A stretch of DNA of 63,900 nt, the filler included, from Stramenopiles sp. TOSAG23-3 (Eukaryota), in the NCBI GenBank assembly GCA_900128585.1. It is 4 parts of 4 records of this genome, joined end to end, with 100 filler letters (N's around TTAATTAATTAA, not from the genome) between each part and the next. Parts side by side here need not be neighbours in the genome. Positions count along the whole stretch, not along the records: positions 48,025 to 63,900 come from LT642509.1; 3 more parts are not named here. One strand, written 5' to 3'. A model generated the notes under the pieces. The model was not told the DNA's origin, did no database searches, and was given only the letters and a program-made list of their open reading frames with translations. Shown in pieces: positions 60,075 through 63,900 of the stretch. The stretch's first letter is position 1. Each line of letters begins with the position of its first letter. Position numbers and translations under genes: made by a program.

Positions 60075-60684
60075 TCAAGATATGGAAATAGCGTTGTAGT
60101 CCTATGAACCTGTATTTATACGAATTAATTGATAATGATGTTATACTTCAAATTCCCAATTGTACATATTTTATATAGGCAATATCTGTTTATTCTTAAT
60201 TCTATTCCCCTGTTGATGTTTATCGAAACAAATCAAGTCCACCATTTGGCTGTTGCAGTATATATACTGAAATTTTCGACAGCAACTCTGTTAGAGTAAA
60301 TTGCAACAGGGCGGCAAGGTATTGCTGCTTGTAGTCGCGGGCCTCAGTCTCCACCATCGTTTGCCGTTCCTAGCCTTCCTAGCCGTAATGCTGCTAGGAA
60401 CGATGCACCAGAAAACAAAAAGAACCACCGTTTTTTTTTTTTTTTCCCTTGCTGTGATGATGTTCTGCGAAGGAGACCACTGAGCTGAAGAATAATATTA
60501 TTATTATTTTTTATAATATATTATTATTATTGTTTGCGTCTTTGTCGTGCATTTGTGTTCAACCCAGCTGTAGATGAACTGGACGACATGTTTCGAGCAA
60601 TTTCCAAAAAATCGCTTCTGGGCAAGCATAATACACTACACGAGACTGCGATGGCCATCACCACAATGACCACCACCCAAAAAG

Positions 60685-62649
60685 ATGTCTCAATATTACT
60701 CGTCAATAAAAAGGTTTCTAAGATTCTACTATGATTCATCCGATCTATGTGAAAGGGAGAGGGAACGATTGTTTGAACTAGTGACGAGTTACTGCAAGAG
60801 CAACTATAGACGAATTGGTTCTGGGGAGGATCCTGATAGGGAGGCGGAGCCTGTGAAAGAATTATTGCGCATTAAACCGATACACATAGCCAGATGGCTG
60901 AAAAAGATTGCCTATGGTACTGAGGAACCAGGTCCTGGGCAGCGCCCATTATACGCCCGAGCAAATACGTTATATGCTCATAAACGTTCCCTGTCGTATT
61001 TCATGCCAAGAAACCTAGCACCATGGGATTTTAATGGAGATGATGGAGTGGGGGGCAAAGGGGTGGGAAACCCGGCAAAGGGCCGTATACTTCAAAAATT
61101 GATTAAGGATGTAGAAGTATTTGAAATGAAAGGCCATGGTGCGAAAGCCAAAGATGCTCGTGCGTTAACTTGGCAGGAATGGTTAGACACCCTGGAGCTT
61201 GCCCAGAGGAAGGTGATGCCCCGCGAGAAAGAAATTGTAAAATTTTTGCATCCAGCCTTACTTCTTACCCAATTTCACCTAGATGGACGTCTTGACGATA
61301 TGGTATTATTAGATATAGATGAGTTTCGGCCTTATCAAAAGCAATCAAAATCAATTTTAGCCTGCAGTATCAAAGCATCAAAGAATATTCACGAAAAATC
61401 AGATTGGCACTGGCAAGTACTAATCGGATGTGGAGAGAGCAAGAATTGCGCCATTATAGCAGTGGCAGCTTACGTCGGATTCTTCAATGATGAAAACGCA
61501 TTAATGATTCACCCTGACCGCATTACGGAACGTACTGGTACCGGGGAAAGAAAGAAGGAACCAACACTACCAGGTTTTTTTCGTCTCTCAAAGGATCAAA
61601 GGTGGGGGAAATCGTCCATTTCTACTCGTCTCAATGAAATATTGCAAGTTAAGTTGGCCCTCTCAGGTAACGTTTCTACTCATTCAGTGAGGAAAACATC
61701 AACAGAGACAATGCAGCGAGCAAAAGTTCGACGAGAATGTTCTGATCAACGTGGTCGATGGAAGACCAGGCATACGGACAAAAAAGCGTCAGCGTCAAAC
61801 ATATACCATATGAGTTTTCAGCGCTGGCTAGATTTAAATGGAGCAGTTGCTCTTGTTAAAGGCAGACCGGTACGCTACGAAGTTGAAAACTTAACAGATG
61901 AAATTGTTCGACAGGTATTGCCAGCGTCAAGACGTTTGATTAATGGTGTTGGTTTCCTTTTATGTAGTGCAGCCTTGTGGGCATACCATAATTCCCGAAC
62001 ATTACTCCCAGATTCACTGATTACACGTATTGAAAAGTTTGGAGCGGATCGATTGGAATCTAAACGGGTTGTAGTGAAAGCTGATGATGATAATTTCATT
62101 GACTTCGATGAAGAACTGCACCGTGCAATAAAACAAAGTACGGAACGACAGTTGTTAAATAAAGTTTATGGAAGTCAAGAAACATTAAAACGGAAGTACA
62201 ATGAGCAAAATGATGGATTCAGAACAGAAATGAAACGCCTCAGAAAATCGATGAAGTCTGTTACACAGCGCATTGATCGTGTTGTACTATACCACACCAA
62301 CAGCCGTCGTGCACCACAAGACAATAATATAAGACCAGAAGTCATGTCTGATTGCACAAGTTTGCATGAGTTTTGGTTGGAATACCAATTTGGAATAAAC
62401 GGTAACATGCCTGTAAGCAAGTTTTCAAAGGCTGGGAAACGCAAAAATAAGCATAAAATTTCCTTGCGCATGAAACTAGTAAAGGCTGTTAAGTTGCTCT
62501 TACCGCATACTCCAGCAATTAACGGTTGTGAACGGTTGGAAATCGTCTATAAATTTGACGATGGGATGGCCCGTTGCCTCCGTGAAATCGGAAGAGAATT
62601 AAAAGCAACTCCTGTTCTGCCAAAATATTTTACTAAGTATCCTATATAA
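60685..62649 (+). CDS. Crypton-like tyrosine recombinase with a C-terminal GCR1_C-like DNA-binding domain
   Basis: N-terminal KRSLSYFMP..PWD...GNPAK...LIKDV...ARALT. Catalytic-type residues GRLDD (R, 61288), THSVRK (HxxR, 61681), RGRW (61750) and NIY (Y, 61804). C-terminal SLHEFWLEYQFGINGNMPVSKF. Confidence 0.85.
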   Translation: MSQYYSSIKRFLRFYYDSSDLCERERERLFELVTSYCKSNYRRIGSGEDPDREAEPVKELLRIKPIHIARWLKKIAYGTEEPGPGQRPLYARANTLYAHKRSLSYFMPRNLAPWDFNGDDGVGGKGVGNPAKGRILQKLIKDVEVFEMKGHGAKAKDARALTWQEWLDTLELAQRKVMPREKEIVKFLHPALLLTQFHLDGRLDDMVLLDIDEFRPYQKQSKSILACSIKASKNIHEKSDWHWQVLIGCGESKNCAIIAVAAYVGFFNDENALMIHPDRITERTGTGERKKEPTLPGFFRLSKDQRWGKSSISTRLNEILQVKLALSGNVSTHSVRKTSTETMQRAKVRRECSDQRGRWKTRHTDKKASASNIYHMSFQRWLDLNGAVALVKGRPVRYEVENLTDEIVRQVLPASRRLINGVGFLLCSAALWAYHNSRTLLPDSLITRIEKFGADRLESKRVVVKADDDNFIDFDEELHRAIKQSTERQLLNKVYGSQETLKRKYNEQNDGFRTEMKRLRKSMKSVTQRIDRVVLYHTNSRRAPQDNNIRPEVMSDCTSLHEFWLEYQFGINGNMPVSKFSKAGKRKNKHKISLRMKLVKAVKLLLPHTPAINGCERLEIVYKFDDGMARCLREIGRELKATPVLPKYFTKYPI

Positions 62650-62718
62650 CGTACATATACTTTTTATGTAGTTTTCAAGTAATTAAATACAAATTATATA
62701 GTATCATATGCTTTAAGA

Positions 62719-63900
62719 CTAAAAAATACTCTTAAAATCCTGTCTATTCACAACCTCAAATTCCAGGGTTAATTTTGGGGTGACAACCATGTCATTATCG
62801 ACATCGGCTCCAAAGATGTTCTCGTCCATGCAATCTCCGCCGTCAATTGAGAAACGCACTGTGCGGTTACTGCCCCATTCACTCACTATCTCCATTTCCT
62901 GGTTATCCTTTACTCTGTACATCCGAAAAGCGGCATGAGCATCGTCGATACCGTACTGTTTATGTTGCTTTGTTACAAAACTTTTTTCAGGATTACGGCA
63001 AATTAAAGCAAAATTAAAATTTGTAAGATCCGGGGTGAAAAGAAAGGCCTGCTCGTAGTTAGTTTGTTGTCCATTTTCGTACTTAAAGTCGCGCACGTAT
63101 TCAAAAGAATTTGTTTCCTCAACTTCAGCCTTCTCGTATCGGCCCCCAACCCACTTCTTCAATACTACGTCATGTTTCGTTGTTGTCTTATCGTTGAAAT
63201 TACCTGGTCTGTACCCCATATTGTCATAGTCGCACCCAAAAAATGTTTTTTCTGTGACGGTGTGCGCCTTTGGGTTCAGTTTACGCAATATAAAATCTCC
63301 ATGCTCCCAAAGGTTTGTGACAGTGCGCGGTTTCATTGGTGACTCTCTAAACGTCTGGTGATTAATATACTCCGCCCTTACCCATCCCGATAGAATTCTG
63401 ATCCTTAATTGTTTTAACAGATAAACAACGTCGTCTCCAAAGTATCCATCATTTTTACGAATCCATCTGCTGGGTGCAGCCGGAGGGGCAGCCGATTCAA
63501 AGCCAGTTCCCCATCCAGAGGCTTCAGGGGCGTCAGGGGCAGGGTCTTCGCTCAGAATTGGGGTCTGGCCACCATCGTCCGAAAGAATTGGAGTGGAATT
63601 CTGTTTGTCATTTTGAGCCAAACGCCGGTCGAACTCATATTCTTGGGCTTGCAAGATTCTTGCAGTTTCTGTGTCTTCATCTTCTTCCACCAGCCTTTGC
63701 CGTTTTGCCGCACCGGCATCATCTACAGGGTCTTCGCTCAGAATTGGGGTCTGGCCACCATCGTCCGACAGAATTGGAGTGGATTTCTGTTTGTAATTTT
63801 GAGCCGAACGCCGGTCCAACGCATCGTTCCATTCTTTGTTCCTCTCTGACCCCACCACTTGGCGTGCTCTTTCAATGGTTGTTTCATTGTTTGCCTTTTC
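62719..63900 (-). CDS. Hypothetical protein, 5'-truncated; possible cargo of the Crypton element
   Basis: The frame stays open to the window end (EKANNETTIERARQVVG...). Internal 91-bp duplication and a globular-looking C-terminal region of about 250 aa. Confidence 0.75.
   Translation of the reverse strand, partial: EKANNETTIERARQVVGSERNKEWNDALDRRSAQNYKQKSTPILSDDGGQTPILSEDPVDDAGAAKRQRLVEEDEDTETARILQAQEYEFDRRLAQNDKQNSTPILSDDGGQTPILSEDPAPDAPEASGWGTGFESAAPPAAPSRWIRKNDGYFGDDVVYLLKQLRIRILSGWVRAEYINHQTFRESPMKPRTVTNLWEHGDFILRKLNPKAHTVTEKTFFGCDYDNMGYRPGNFNDKTTTKHDVVLKKWVGGRYEKAEVEETNSFEYVRDFKYENGQQTNYEQAFLFTPDLTNFNFALICRNPEKSFVTKQHKQYGIDDAHAAFRMYRVKDNQEMEIVSEWGSNRTVRFSIDGGDCMDENIFGADVDNDMVVTPKLTLEFEVVNRQDFKSIF

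Larger units (their letters stand above)
59590..63900. mobile_element. Crypton-type (CryptonS-like) tyrosine-recombinase DNA transposon; boundaries uncertain, right end beyond the window
   Basis: YR plus GCR1_C-like ORF, a convergent second ORF, an upstream motif cluster and more AT-rich coding sequence than the host genes. Confidence 0.65.

Overview
This is eukaryotic genomic DNA, and it is not one continuous locus. Four contigs/scaffolds of decreasing length (1-15928, 16029-31935, 32036-47924, 48025-63900) are joined by artificial 100-nt N44-TTAATTAATTAA-N44 linkers. Genes appear intronless and are separated by AT-rich, microsatellite-rich spacers. A flagellated protist, plausibly a stramenopile, is inferred from the dynein and the CryptonS-like element. 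Recognisable genes: divergent dynein heavy chain, CCA-adding enzyme, two-domain cytidine deaminase, pirin, RCC1-ankyrin protein, LigB/Memo-like protein, CAX exchanger, carnitine acyltransferase, peptidase C45, glutamine-dependent NAD synthetase, glycoside hydrolase-trefoil-metallophosphoesterase fusion, FN3 protein, proline iminopeptidase, D-2-hydroxyacid dehydrogenase, FolD, GT-B-like protein and a membrane RBR-like ligase. The most interesting observations are: (1) a Crypton-type tyrosine-recombinase element with an unknown convergent ORF and an upstream cluster of TTGTTGTACCAG motifs; (2) a secreted RRL-punctuated precursor of cationic Cys-rich peptides; (3) a ~30-bp element recurring six times just 3' of genes on three of the four contigs; (4) a dynein with a degenerate AAA1 catalytic site; (5) a single-BRC-repeat orphan protein. 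Several probable assembly or amplification lesions are also flagged. All family calls come from motif recognition by eye; no searches were run.
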